Shown here: in pieces, positions 35,571-48,275 of the stretch
How the letters are laid out: every line of letters starts with the position of its first letter
How positions within the stretch are numbered: position 1 is the first letter of the stretch
From: Epithemia pelagica
Lineage: Eukaryota > Protista > Bacillariophyta
Direction of reading: 5' to 3'
Assembly: GCA_946965045.2 (NCBI GenBank)
Contig: OX337228.1
Coordinates: 4,588,001 to 4,652,000 of the forward strand
Length of the DNA: 64,000 nucleotides
The notes under the pieces: generated by a model
What the model was told of the DNA's origin: nothing
The model's input: the letters and a program-made list of their open reading frames with translations, nothing else
Databases searched by the model: none
Position numbers and translations under genes: made by a program

Positions 35571-37101
35571 TCACGACAAAGGTCCGTTGATACCACCCAT
35601 GATGCCGAGATTTTCAGAGCCATATACAGCAGCCTCTCGATGATACAAGTTCATGGGGTGTTGACGATGCGGGCTTTGCACCTGAGAAATTTCGTTGTAG
35701 CCTACATTCACCATCGGAGGTAGACCATGATTTCTCACATGGCTCACTTGGTGCACTTGTCCTGCTGGAAGATGTCTTGGGTCGACATAGCCAAGCTGAG
35801 AGTTTAAGTGTCCCATTCGATTCATATGGTTCATGTGGCTGAGCTTTCCGACCGGGCCGACATGATGCGACTGACCATGGCTGCTAGTAGAATGGATTGG
35901 CGCGCTTCGAAGACTCATGTGTTGCTGTTGCGCTAAAGAACCAATATCTTGTTCATGGCTGAGAGTCATTCCTGGTGCAGCTTCAATATAGGCACTTGCC
36001 CCATATCGTGGGGGTGATAAAAGCGTCCCAGGAGGAGGAACAGTTGATCTGAAAGCACCAGAATTCGATTGTAGCAACCTGCCAGACATCTGTGGAGAGC
36101 CCGAGGTATCTCGAACTGGAACCACATCACGACTAGGCTGTGGGACAAGCGACAGCGACTGATCGGGTTGATGATACACCTCACCGACCTCGTCTTGAAG
36201 AGAAGTTCCTGCAATTGATCCTTCATGTCCAGGAACGCCATTTCCATAGAGCCCTGCAGTTCCAACGCGATGCGCCTGTGGTATCGCGAACCGGGAAGGC
36301 CCACATGACGCAGCGGATTCTGACGGTGATACCACTGCCGGGGGGTCATGCCGCTTGTCGCTGACGCCTCCATTTAGAGCAGAGGAAGACACAAGACCTC
36401 CAGGAATAGGTGCATCCTCGAGGGCCGGCAGTGGGTTTGTCAAGTCGAGTTGGTAAAAGTCAGGCTCATCTTGTTTTTGCATTGGAAGCTTCTTATGAGT
36501 CTTGGGCAAACGTCTCATATACTTCTGTAAATGTGGCTTTCCTCGTAGAAACAGCTGTACGGGTGCAAAATCAGCAACAAGAACCAATGCGAGCGTGAGA
36601 TGTCATGAATTCATCGTGCATAGAGCAAAACCGGCATGGAACTCATACCTCGTGATAATATGAACCACGGTCAGGCCCAGAGCTGACGCGTCGAAAGCTC
36701 CAGGCATTCACTAGGCGATTGAAAGAATGATAATTGCTGTACTCAAAAAATAGTGGCATTACCATGCTCTCGAAAATGTTTGGTTTCAAGACTTTCCATG
36801 ACCGCCCATGGGGCATCCATGTGATTATGTCGTGAAACTCTTTCTGTGCCAATATTGCGTAGAGCTTCACTGGGAACTTTTGCACTCGTATAGAGGTTTC
36901 AGAGCTATTGCGCGATGGTGCGGGAGCTGGACCTCCACCCACGAGGGCCTCCTCATCGTCTTCGTTTACATGGCTGAAGTCGCGATATTTGTACGACTTG
37001 CCGCTCTCATTTGGTTCGACTTCGTTTCCATCGGCGTCAACAAGCACGAGAGCTGGGTTTGGTGTCTCAGATGCTGCTGAATCGTTCTCGCTTTCACCCA
37101 T
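35571..37101 (-). CDS. Heat-shock-factor-type transcription factor; intron ~36560-36645
   Basis: FPVKLYAIL, WMPHGRSW, SFNRLVNAWSFRR, YYHE|LFLRGKPHL. Confidence 0.92.
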
Positions 37102-38368
37102 TTTCGTCGTTGAAAGAATCCGCTTAGACGAACGACGATGTGCGGTTTTTTATGAGACGCTTCTACCCCGTATGATCTTCTTTGATTAGAGGATTGAAAG
37201 TTAACAAGCGTCTAGGGACTATTTTAACCAATAAACTTTTTGTAGTGCCTCCATCGAAGGGGTTATGGGCTTAGCTCTTAACTATGACCATCAGAGACCC
37301 ATACTATTGTACGAGTACTCTTACTCGTACTCGTAGTTGTTCTGATTCTGATGCGTTGCGGCGTGGGGGAGATCCATGATGGAATGACGAGTCAGCTACG
37401 AACTACCAGAGCGCTTTGGGGAAGTACTCGTATCCCACATGCACATGCACGAGGATATGCTTCTTACGAGTATGCTAGCTACCGGTAACTCAACTCTCAA
37501 CTCTCAACTCCTTACTCCTAATAGTTTCTGACAGCACAACGAGGATCAGTGTGTGGGCGTAATGGTGAGATTCAGGTTTCAGATTTTTCACAGGGGTAGC
37601 CTCTGTGGAGTATTTGTCATTCCGCATTGTGGCTGGGCAATATCGTCCAGTACCAAAGCAAAGAGAAAACACAAACCTGGGTCAAGTCGTACGACATTAA
37701 AAGTTAGAGGAGAAGAGAGAAGACCGGAAAAGTCTCTATAGAGAGTGTAGAGTTCCTCGTTCCTTCGCGTCACATCAACAGAGTCTCAGGACTTAGGAGC
37801 CTTTGAAGGATGGATGCTTGGCATGAAAACCAATGTTTTGCGATGGTCCGGCAGCGGGGCATCTCTAATCGTAGTTTCAGATGTATACTTTTTGGTTGGG
37901 GAAGGACATTGGTTGAGAGTCATTTTGTTTCCTGCTCGATGCTGTCAGTACCAGATGGTACACTACTTAACACTCGGCCATTCTCCCAACGTAAAATCTA
38001 GGAGATGCTTTGGTCTTTGGTCTTTGGTCTCCCCCTCGACTTCGATATCGACGGGACCCCCTGTTAAAACATAAAGGGGGCAGATCTAACCCCCTTTTAC
38101 AGTCACCATTGGGTCGCCTATGGGACGCCTCTACACTCTTTCATTGTGAAGACCCAAACATTCCCCTGGTTGAGGACTGGAAGGACGACAGGTTTCATAA
38201 AGTACCTGTCGTGCTTCTTGCCAAACCATCGATAGCAGTTGTGAGGTTTCTTGAATATATTCTTTGATTTTGGAGGTTGCTATCTTTGCTGTGTTTGACG
38301 GACACTGGCGTTTTCTTGGATCCCTGGCGATACACAAGTGGACTCAAGGGAGAAGAGAAGTAGAAACC

Positions 38369-38794
38369 ATGTTGAGCGACAATACAAAAATCGGTACCGG
38401 TCTTTTATTTTTAGGGTGTGTATTTCTGTTTCTTGGATGCATGTTTTTGTTTGATTCAGCCATGTTGGCCATTGGTGATATTCTGTTCTTGTCTGGATTG
38501 ACCTTGACGATCGGTGTTTCAAGGACAATTCGCTTCTTTTCAAGACCCGATCGATTACGTGGGATTGTCGCATTTTTTGGGGGTATTGTGCTTGTAATGA
38601 TTCGGTGGCCTATCTTCGGAATGATGTGCCAGTTCTACGGCCTTATTTATCTCTTTGGACAATTCTTCCCGATTGCCGCTGAATCAATGAAGGATACTCC
38701 TGTCATCGGTGAGTTTTTCCGTCTCCCAGCTGTTGAGCAATTCGTCGCAAGCTTCTCCGGTGGAGGTCCATCAAGTCGGCGTGCTCCTGTTTAA
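38369..38794 (+). CDS. GOT1: Golgi transport protein GOT1
   Basis: [35 protein letters not shown]. Confidence 0.92.
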   Translation: MLSDNTKIGTGLLFLGCVFLFLGCMFLFDSAMLAIGDILFLSGLTLTIGVSRTIRFFSRPDRLRGIVAFFGGIVLVMIRWPIFGMMCQFYGLIYLFGQFFPIAAESMKDTPVIGEFFRLPAVEQFVASFSGGGPSSRRAPV

Positions 38795-38943
38795 AAGAAA
38801 GGAACGATTGATTCATTTTGAGATTCTGCCTGTACTAAGAAATAGTCTCCAGGCCATGTTATCACAAACTTCGGTTGAGATGTTTCAACTAAACATTTTA
38901 CAATGTTACACAAACAGCCGGAATCAATAGAATTACAATGAAC

Positions 38944-41049
38944 TTAGATGCTTTCTTGCATCAGTCGATCTATCAATTCCGCCTTTTTGCCCGAAACTTT
39001 TAAACCACGCTTCCGGAGCATATCTTTGAGTACTGGAACGGTATGTTTGCTTAGCGTGGCTGTTTCCATTCCAGCAGATGCGGAGGTGGGAGGATGGCTT
39101 TCAGTGGGCGAACGGCCGTGTTTCGAGCTTTTCTTCGACGTCTGTGCATAATTTTCAGTTGCGTCTCTTACGTCGTCAACATGTGCGACAATTTCGTCTA
39201 GAATTCTTGATTGAGGGGGGTCAACGCCGTTATCAGCAACGTCGTTCGACTGGAAGGGTATGGTTGCCTCCTTTGATAAAAGACCAGAGAATAAATCCTC
39301 GTCCTCTGTTGTAGCCGACGAAACTTTTGCTTTCGGTGGTCGTTCCGCAGAACGCAGTGACTCTTCGTTTGGTTTTTTAGGTGTCCTGACTTCGGCCTCT
39401 AGCTGTTCAAAGAAATCGTCGTTGTCAGGAATACTATCGTGAACCGGAGCCACAGAACCCAGTTCGGCTTCGAGCGAAGCAAAGAAATCCTCGTCGTTCC
39501 TTTTTCCGCCGTTTTTGTTATTTCTTCGCACTGAGCTGTTCTCTTGCCCCTTCAAGTCAGAGAGAAGTGAATCAAAGAAATCATCATCGCTCTGTTCGAC
39601 GTTGTCACTTGGTTTTCCGTCCTTCGACAACTCTCCCATCAACGACGTGAAGAAATCGTCGTCATCGCTGCCGTTGGAGGACTTCGATTTTTCTGAGGAG
39701 GAAGAGGGAGATGAAACGAAAGCGCTCCAGTCATCATTTCCCTCAATCGCTGCTGTTGCCTGTCTATTATCCCTTTTATTGTTACGAGGTCCATCGAATC
39801 TACGCTCTCTGTTCTGGCGAGGTTGTGGGGCAGAATTCCTACCCCATTTGCGCTCAGTACTACCAATGGCCCAATCCCCGCCTTGGTCTCTACGCGAAGC
39901 TGCATTCATACCAACTTGCCCGTCTGTCACATCATCAGCTCCTCTAGACCGCTGCTGATCTTGATACCAGTTCCAATTTCTTCTTTCGTCGTTGGTTCTC
40001 CCAGAATTTCTATCTCTCCGGAAGTTTCTCTCATTTCGATCCTGTCGACGATTTCGCGGTCCATTTCCTACCATGAAACTTCTGCGTAGATCACTTGAGC
40101 CTCTCCTGTCATTCCCGAACTGGTTCCTTCTATCATTCCTTTCAAAGTCACTACGAGTGACTGGTTGGCTTGGACCAGATAAGCCCTTTAAAATCTCCAT
40201 ACTTGACAGTTTTCTGACATCTTTGGGATCCATCCATTCTTCGTACATTGAGCCATACGTGTAAAACCGAACAAGAATCTTTCCATCCTTAAGTCGTCTA
40301 ACAATACCATCTTCATTGAAGAATTTACCCCTTCCAGTGACTTTGATCATATTGTCAACTTCAAGTCCAAGGTATGCCTTGATAGCATCAGCGTCCAACT
40401 TCGGCTTGCGGTCCGGAGTATCCAGAATCACTCCACCAAAGTCTTCTTCGTCCTCAGTTTCGTCTTCATCTTCGTACTCTTCCAGACCGAAATCTTCGAT
40501 TTCCAACTCATTGAGTGGACATGGAGCAGGGGGTAGTTTTTTGTGTCCTTTCTGATTCACCGTGCCCATCCAGCTACGGCATAAGTCGAGTGACTGTATC
40601 GTCTCATAAACATCTGAACAAAGTCTCAACTTTGCAAACACGTAGCCTTGATATTTCACTTTCTTTTCAGTGACCATACGGTTTGCGCCGTGAGATCTGG
40701 TTTTCTTCTCTGTTGGAACGGCAAATTTGATGGCATCGGGCAGATCTGCACAAGCGTCTCGGCATTGCTTTAGAAGGTCCATCTCTAACCCAGCAACACA
40801 GTTGATCAAATACCAATTCGGCTCAAGGTCATCTTCAATCTCTAGTCGGTCCCAAAGCTTTGCTCGCAACTCAATACGCGGAGATGCCTCTCTTCGACGT
40901 CGGAGTGTTGATGGCCTCTGGTGAAGGGCGTCATGATGGCGACCAGAGTTCTCATATACGTGCGTTGCTACTCCGACTGAGTTGAATGCCTGAGCAAACA
41001 GCATATCATGTATAAACAAACATGGAAGATAAAGAAAATTGCCTCTCAT
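38944..41049 (-). CDS. Plastid-targeted NusG-like protein (NGN + KOW) with acidic region and C-terminal SAP domain
   Basis: WYLINCVAGLE, YQGYVFAKL, KVTGRGKFFNEDG, TVPVLKDMLRKRGLKVSGKKAELIDRL; signal peptide ending AQA-F. Confidence 0.85.
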   Translation of the reverse strand: MRGNFLYLPCLFIHDMLFAQAFNSVGVATHVYENSGRHHDALHQRPSTLRRRREASPRIELRAKLWDRLEIEDDLEPNWYLINCVAGLEMDLLKQCRDACADLPDAIKFAVPTEKKTRSHGANRMVTEKKVKYQGYVFAKLRLCSDVYETIQSLDLCRSWMGTVNQKGHKKLPPAPCPLNELEIEDFGLEEYEDEDETEDEEDFGGVILDTPDRKPKLDADAIKAYLGLEVDNMIKVTGRGKFFNEDGIVRRLKDGKILVRFYTYGSMYEEWMDPKDVRKLSSMEILKGLSGPSQPVTRSDFERNDRRNQFGNDRRGSSDLRRSFMVGNGPRNRRQDRNERNFRRDRNSGRTNDERRNWNWYQDQQRSRGADDVTDGQVGMNAASRRDQGGDWAIGSTERKWGRNSAPQPRQNRERRFDGPRNNKRDNRQATAAIEGNDDWSAFVSSPSSSSEKSKSSNGSDDDDFFTSLMGELSKDGKPSDNVEQSDDDFFDSLLSDLKGQENSSVRRNNKNGGKRNDEDFFASLEAELGSVAPVHDSIPDNDDFFEQLEAEVRTPKKPNEESLRSAERPPKAKVSSATTEDEDLFSGLLSKEATIPFQSNDVADNGVDPPQSRILDEIVAHVDDVRDATENYAQTSKKSSKHGRSPTESHPPTSASAGMETATLSKHTVPVLKDMLRKRGLKVSGKKAELIDRLMQESI

Positions 41050-41427
41050 GAGTTTTGGCTTATATGAGAATGCGTTGTCCTTTTTTCTTTCAGCTGATAT
41101 GATGTCTCTTAAATTTCTTTGATGGATTGATGGATGTGGTTTTTGCAGATGGACAGTGGACGCAGCAACGTCCAGGCGACTTCTCGCTTACTCCTACTAC
41201 CTCTAGGAGTAGTAGCTAGTCTATGACAATACCAGCCCTACTCCTACCGGTAGTTGCCCGATGTCTTGGATTCGCAAGCCGCAACCATAATATTAGACTA
41301 GACCATGCTTGCAACGAACTTGATAACTTTAGGCATCCTACATCTCTTCAAAAGTTTCCCCCTTAGATCAGTCGGTGAAACGAACGACCTAAGAGAATGA
41401 CTATTATGTTACTGTCCTTGCGATGAC

Positions 41428-43191
41428 TTAATAATAAGCACGTGGCGGTTGTGCGGTGTATGAGTATCCAGGCTGAGGGGCATAACCTGGTTGTGCCCCG
41501 TATCCGGGCTGGGTGTATCCAACCCCAAATCCTCCCTGCTGTTGTTGCAACGGCGGCGGTCCTTGTTGGTTCGGCTGTCCGTAGACAACCATCATTCCTG
41601 CTTGCTGAGCTTCCGGACTAAAGAGTTGAGGTGGTGCCTTCATAATATCTTCCTTGGGTGCCTTCTTGGACTTTACTTCACTTATCTGATTCAAGGTGGC
41701 TTGTCCTCCAACAACTTGGTGTGCGGCCGGGGGCAGACCCTTGCTCTTCCCCTTTTTCTTCATGGCTTCTGACTCGTCCTCTTTCTTCTTAACTTCCAGA
41801 TGTACCTCCGCCGGTTGGTCAATATGATCGACGTTGACAAGCTTCTTCAAGGCCGCATCAAAAGGATTGAGAGGCGCTTCTTCTTCAAACTGAATCATTC
41901 CGGGTGTGTCACCATTGACTGCGACAAGAGCTTGTTCATTACCAGCCTTCACATCAGGTGACTCGAAGCCCACATTACCTCCTGCTGGAGGAGGACTCGA
42001 ATAGGCATTAAGAATCTCATTGGCCATTTGGGTGTGAGTGGCAGGTGGAGCGGCCTTGGGTTCAAACGGATCTTCTGGTGCGTACGTGTCGTAGACGTCA
42101 GTGGGTCCACCAGGGTTTGGTGTGTAAGTCTCCGTAAGAAGAGTTGTGCTCTGGGGAGCCGCGGCTGGGGCATAGTAGGGGGCTGGTGCTGGAGGTTGTT
42201 GGGCGTAGTAGCCAGGGTCTTGACCAGCGGACGGTGTGGCAGGAAGCGCCGGATACGACGCGGCTCCAGCATTCGATGTAGGATATGAAGGAGTTCCAGG
42301 CGGCTGTTGATACACTGGAGCAGCCGGCTGCTCGTAAGCAGGTGGTTGCTGGTATGCCGACTGTTGATAACCCGAAGCTGCGGGTTGTTGATACGCACCG
42401 TATCCACCGTCGTAGCCAACATTGGGAACCGTCGGGTCACCCATACCCAAGGACATAAGATCGTCTCCCTCTGGAACAGCCGCAGGAGCAGGTTGTGGTA
42501 CTGGAGCAGCTGTGGGGGCCATGCCTCGCTGCTCTAAATGGGCACGAGATTCTTCCAAGGACGCCCGGATAGCCTTTTGGAGATCTTCTTGTTCCTCTTC
42601 GGCGGATCTGGGAGCTTTGACAGATGCAGGAGGAACAGCGCTACGGGGAGCCCCAGCCCGATCACGAGTTCCACTACGTAATCCTAATTCGTACATTTTG
42701 GGCATTGTGAAGAACGACTGTCCGTCAATAAAGAGGTCGTACTGGCGGAAACCGGGGGTCGCAGACATGGGAGGAGTCGCATGGCAAAGAATCTTGACAA
42801 TGTGATTTCCTCGAGATGTCCAGCTGTGTTCCAAGACGTTTGTACGATTCGCCGTATAATGAACTTCCCTCCCGTCCATCATGATCTGTCGTTTTCCGGA
42901 TGTGATAGACCACACAACAACAACATCGTGTTCTTCTCCTCGACATGCTGTGCCTGTTTGTCCGGCTGCCAATGCTTCTTCATTAGGGAAACCAAAACGC
43001 CTGTCATCAACGGTTCCACTCTTAAGTTAGCTCACGAATCTCCACAGAGGTGTCCAAGACGTGTTTGCTGAACGTCGTTCCAACGCAACGTTAACAGTGG
43101 CTTACCATTTGATCCGTCGTTTCGTAGAAGCTACATGTTTGCCAGCAGACACAGCTGAGAAATCGATCTGGTAAATAGGGTATCTCGACAT
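41428..43191 (-). CDS. Uncharacterised protein with KRRxxW-FGF-CRGEEH domain, UIM-like motif and Pro/Gln/Tyr-rich region; intron 43001-43105
   Basis: Phase-2 splice TG|GTAAG...CAG|G; EEQEDLQKAIRASLEES matches UIM pattern. Confidence 0.75.
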
Positions 43192-43797
43192 TCTCTTAAG
43201 AACAACTGCACTACGATCAACGCAACACCAATACAGAAAAGACAACTGCTGATCCGCAACAAGTTGATCTCCAGCAATGAAGTGAATCCGGGCTGTGGCC
43301 GAACCCGATGCACTTTTTCGCCTCCACGCTGCAGCCAAATCCTCGTTCGCTCCATTCAACGCTTCAAGCAATAACTCACTATCGCGTGACGGTCCAACCG
43401 CTGAGTATCTTGTGCAATCGACAATGAAAATCTCCAAAAATGTTGAAAGTACTTGTAGATCCACAGTGCAACAAGATTTTTTGTCGGATACTGGAAAAAT
43501 TGTTTGGGAAAATGCTTTCGATTGGCGAGGCTATCAGGTACATTACTTACGTTAAAAAATAGTGTAGCCAATGAAGATCCAAGATCCAAAAATAGAAATT
43601 AGTTGCCACCAACAAAAAAACGAGAGAGAGGAGAACGGAGCACAAACATAAACATAAAACATAAACCGAGACCGAGCTACCTTGGACGATTCGCTACCTC
43701 AACAAGAGAACAAGAGTGTGACCTCTAGCAAAGCGTCGAGTGTCGATTGTGTTAAGGTTACCATTACGCGTACGGACTCCTATTCTTTGTCCATTTC

Positions 43798-45072
43798 ATG
43801 TATTACGACTCCATGGAAATGTCCATAGCCCACGAACACATCAAACATGATAATGACGACGATGATGATGGAAACATCAGGCATGATGATGGAAATATTA
43901 GCCATGGGTTCTCCTTTCGCACTATTTGTGGCCCTCTCATGGTCGGAAGCGCCGTCTGTCTGAGTGTTGTGCCATACATTCTTTCTTCTTGGCATTGCGC
44001 TATCAGCACATTCGTGTTCTTATGCGGCGTGCTGCTCTGCTTACATGACGTTGGTGATTGGTGTTTGGAGAGCACTCGGTCCTATATGAGAAGATCAATT
44101 GAGGGTGTTTCTCTTGACGAGCTTTTGCAGTCTGTGCATAATGCTGAATTAGCTGTGGTGGGAAATTTCGTGGGTTCCTTTGTGGGACAAATCGCTATGT
44201 ACGGTTTACCATGCTCGAAGGATCAAAGAGTTCGTCTCTTTCAATCTGGATTCGATGTCCCTGATGCAAGAGAAGCCCGACGTATGCTTCTAGAACCAGG
44301 AGGTTGGAGTGCTTTGTTGCCAGAGTCGGCACAGAACTGGATTTTTGAGCCTCCGTCAAAAGGGAAAATTACCTATCAATTTGTTGATGAAGGAAAAGGC
44401 CTTTCCTCGCCTGATCCGGAAACGAATAGTCATGACAGCACGCGTTCCTCGGATGTTTCTGATCTCTACGAGTTGGAGAAAGATAGAATACGAAGCAAAA
44501 CTTTTGTGGATGACGTCTCTGCCTTGATTGGTGTAAAGGTTGAACATGTGGATGAAGAGCCATGTGTTTCTGAATCGTGTGATGTACGAACAGGTGGACC
44601 AGAGGGATATGATAGTGCGTCAGTGGAAACGAAAGCAAATCCTCCTCCACCTATACATGTATTTGGGTCAGTGTTGAAGGAAATGATCCTTGAAACAGTA
44701 TCACACCATATGAACTTATTTTCGCAAAACAATACATTGGAGATCGCGGGAGCTACGACGTCTGCTCTTCTTCTAGGAAGACTCTTTATGAGTCGCCGTA
44801 CTCGGCGTATGATAATGGGACTCTTCGGAGGGCTTACAACTGTCGGAATTGCCACTGTATGGTCTCTTTCGATGATATCTCTTTCTGCGAAGCACTATGA
44901 CAGACTACGGGCTCTGCGAACAAATCCCGCTAGTCTTTCTTCTATTGGTTTGATACTGAAGAGGATAGTGGCACAAGCGACAGACCCAAAAATCCAAGGC
45001 TTACTGGCTGCTTTGGTCATGTTGTATTGGAGAAGACCTAGAAGGCGGGATAAAATAAGCTCAAAACCTTAA
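43798..45072 (+). CDS. Hypothetical multi-TM protein
   Basis: 424-aa ORF with several hydrophobic segments. Confidence 0.65.
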   Translation: MYYDSMEMSIAHEHIKHDNDDDDDGNIRHDDGNISHGFSFRTICGPLMVGSAVCLSVVPYILSSWHCAISTFVFLCGVLLCLHDVGDWCLESTRSYMRRSIEGVSLDELLQSVHNAELAVVGNFVGSFVGQIAMYGLPCSKDQRVRLFQSGFDVPDAREARRMLLEPGGWSALLPESAQNWIFEPPSKGKITYQFVDEGKGLSSPDPETNSHDSTRSSDVSDLYELEKDRIRSKTFVDDVSALIGVKVEHVDEEPCVSESCDVRTGGPEGYDSASVETKANPPPPIHVFGSVLKEMILETVSHHMNLFSQNNTLEIAGATTSALLLGRLFMSRRTRRMIMGLFGGLTTVGIATVWSLSMISLSAKHYDRLRALRTNPASLSSIGLILKRIVAQATDPKIQGLLAALVMLYWRRPRRRDKISSKP

Positions 45073-45348
45073 TTTTTAATTCATTCGTTTCTATGGTATT
45101 TTCGTTCACTAAATATCTATTGGTGGTGCGTATGTTTGATATATCTGAGAGACCTGCCTCAGAAAACAACTTTTGATAAACTTGGTCATGCGTGCAACCT
45201 TCAATAGCGACTGTTGCAGCATAGACTTCACCGAGATCCCTTTGTCGTCATCGAGGCCTCATAAAACAGACCATGCAAATTATCGGACAGGGATGGGCTT
45301 TACATAAATGACAGATAATGCACAAAGATAGCCCCTTCAGGAAGGCTG

Positions 45349-47499
45349 TTAAAACGAGCATGTGCTTGCTGGTGAATCCAGATCTTCAAAATCAGTAATG
45401 GAGCTCCGTGGGCTCCCAAGAGAAACCTTCTGTTGAAGCAATTCAGGACAGTGCTGGTCTGGAGTTATCACTCGCGGTCTTAGAGGCTGCCGTTCTACGT
45501 CGTCGCCCGTCCACACTCGCATGAGATCATCAGAGATCACAAAAGAATCCACTGTATCTCCTTCTGGATTATCATCTGTCCATGCTCCCATGAGATGCGG
45601 AATCGACGGCATACCACGCGTGGTGGAAAGTGACGGGGTTGGAGAGAGAGCTCTCTCATCGTTGTTATTGTTTTCTCTCGCGTTCGGGTCAATCTCTGAA
45701 CTGTACATATTTTCAGACAGAGGCATGACCTGGGGCCGCAATCCTGATAGCACCAACGAACCTGTATCGTTCGCATCAAGAAAACGTCGAAACCCCTCTT
45801 CACTCATAAAACGGCAAAAGCCAAAACTTGGCCGTCTTGATGAAAGGGCCACCGCCTCCATGTCTCCATACTTGCCAAGCGCAGCTCCAAGGTCGTCGAC
45901 TGAGATACTTGCATCAAGATTGTCTAGAATCACAGTATCCATCGGAAGTGGACTCGCAAAATCAAGACGAAGAACAGCCGCCACTCCAAGAAGTATCCGA
46001 GCTCCCTCGTCCGACGAAACGTCTTCGTTTCTCACTTTGATGAAGATAAAATCAATGAGTTTCTGCATGTAATCCAACTCACTGTCATTGGGATCCACAA
46101 GGGTGCGGCTTGTTGTCGCAGGGGCCGAACGGGTGCGGTGAGGAATCGATATGGGAAATGGACGCTCAAGCGGTGTTGTCAGGACGCCATCAGTTGATTT
46201 ATCTCGTCTTTTCCATTCATACGCTTCACACAGCGCGTCAACTTCGATTTGTTGAGGGTCCCGCTCCTCACTTGACACCGATTTGGAAGACAGAAGATCA
46301 AGGCTTTGTTGTGACACATAATCAGGGAAGAAAGTATGAATGATGGAACGCGAAACCATTCCTTCCAACTGGGGAAGGCATTCAACTATACGCTGTCGCA
46401 AGGATTCCAACATGGGCGAGTACACCTCGGAGTGTAGTTCATCTACCTCTGCAAGACCGTTACTGAGCCCAACCATCGAAAGACGATACCCCATTCCATC
46501 ACCAGGGTGGCGATCTGCAAGACTCTGCAGCGAATCAAGTTCACTACCACTTGATCCCAGGTGTTCACTCTGGTGTGAATGGACAATTGTCGGTCTTATT
46601 CGATATTCTTGTTCGTCCAAAATGCTGTTCGTCTCGTCCGATAGATCACTAGACTCCGAAGCCTCAACGACGGGGTTCTGTTGGCCCACTTCAAGGATGC
46701 TTGGCATTCTGTAGAAGCTAACTCCGTCCACAAGTAAATCATATTGCGTAGCCCCAGGAGTTGCCTCCGCATGGGCAACAACCTGCAAAAGTTCACCTGC
46801 GTAGGTGTGCCAAGAAATGTTGACTGTATGTGACCGAACGTCCTGGTGAATGAGGTTTGATATATTCCGTTTGTTCCAGTACACTCGGATTTTGCTGCTC
46901 TTGAGACTCCACACTAGTTCAACTTCATGTTCCTCTCCTCTGCATTCACTACCTTTATTTCCATTTTGCGCTTCCCCTATATTAGTAAACCCAAATGCCC
47001 TGTTCACGTGAAAAGAAGAAAAGCAGCGGCATGGTCAGCAACCAAACAGCCATAACATGGTACCACCTCGCCGAAGCCTATCTTTCATTATGCTCATTGT
47101 CGCGCTCCTGTCTTGGGAAAAATGCCGTTCATCGGCGAGAGACATGTTTTCGAAAAAATGGGGCACCATTTGCGCGCCATGATAGATAGAATTTGTTGCG
47201 ATGTACTCTCTGTTTCACAGTCTATAAAAATAAAATATGGGCCCGACAACTCCGACCACGAAATCGTATTTTCGAAAGGAGGACCATGACTCTTCAAGGA
47301 CTCTGAAACGGCCGAAACGATGACGAAAACAGTCAACCTACCATTGCAATCTCCTTTTCGAGCTTCGGAAGTAGCGACCCAGAGGTTCGTAAAAGAAACG
47401 AAGGCGGTAGGCCTTTGGGATTATCTCGTGTTGACCCATAGATCCTCGTTGCCTTCGTCGGCCCGCACTCGTTTGCTCCATCATTTCTTGAGATGTCAT
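45349..47499 (-). CDS. Paralog of the 41428 gene's N-terminal domain with C-terminal RRM-like region; intron 47000-47341
   Basis: Exon 1 ends SSKRRLQW via TG|GTAGGT, exon 2 AFGF..CRGEEH; VILDNL..FGFCRF RNP-like motifs. Confidence 0.7.
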
Positions 47500-48275
47500 G
47501 ACAGTTCTTTATTCATAGGATAGGAAGATTGAGTTGTCCAATCTGTTTCACTCAGTTTTGTCTGGGTTCACCAGGGACGGGATGGCAAGGAAGTGAAGTT
47601 GCGCCCAAGAAAGTGGTTCTCTTTGTATTTTTGTCGGTGGAGACCCAACGAAGAAGTGTGAGGAGAGAGAAGATGGATCAAGACTCTGAACTGCGAGCCA
47701 TCCGTTCCGGCCTCTCCGTTTACCGAGCGTCGCCTTCCAGGCAACCTACCTCGAGACTCCGAGAAAGAATTGATACAACGATTGGACATTTGAGCGCTCC
47801 AACGGAAAGTCAATTATTAATTTAGACGAGTCCAATTTGTACTACAGAAATTTAGAATATTTATGCCCTGGATGACTGTCAATAAATCCGTGGACGGAGT
47901 GACGGTCATGCCAGATTCGATATTCGATATTCGAGGCCCCGTACCACCCAGTGCAACGAAAAACAAAAACCAGTACTCATCAAATAATACTTCTACTCTC
48001 TGTACATTTACTCTGCCAGCGCAAGCGCAGTAACATAAAACATAAACATGGAAATGTGCTGGGTGTTGGACTCAACTACTCCTTCCACTATACCCCGACT
48101 AACGAACGACCAAAAAGGCTTTAACCTCAAACCCTCAACAGACAAAATCTTCTTCGCTCCTTCACCAATTGGTCCCAGCCACTTCATTGAGCCCCAGCAA
48201 GAGGAAGAATCGCCTAATAGGTGCTACTTTAGTGACCTTTTTCATTCCAGGGACGCTGATGAACGTCAAGGCCAC

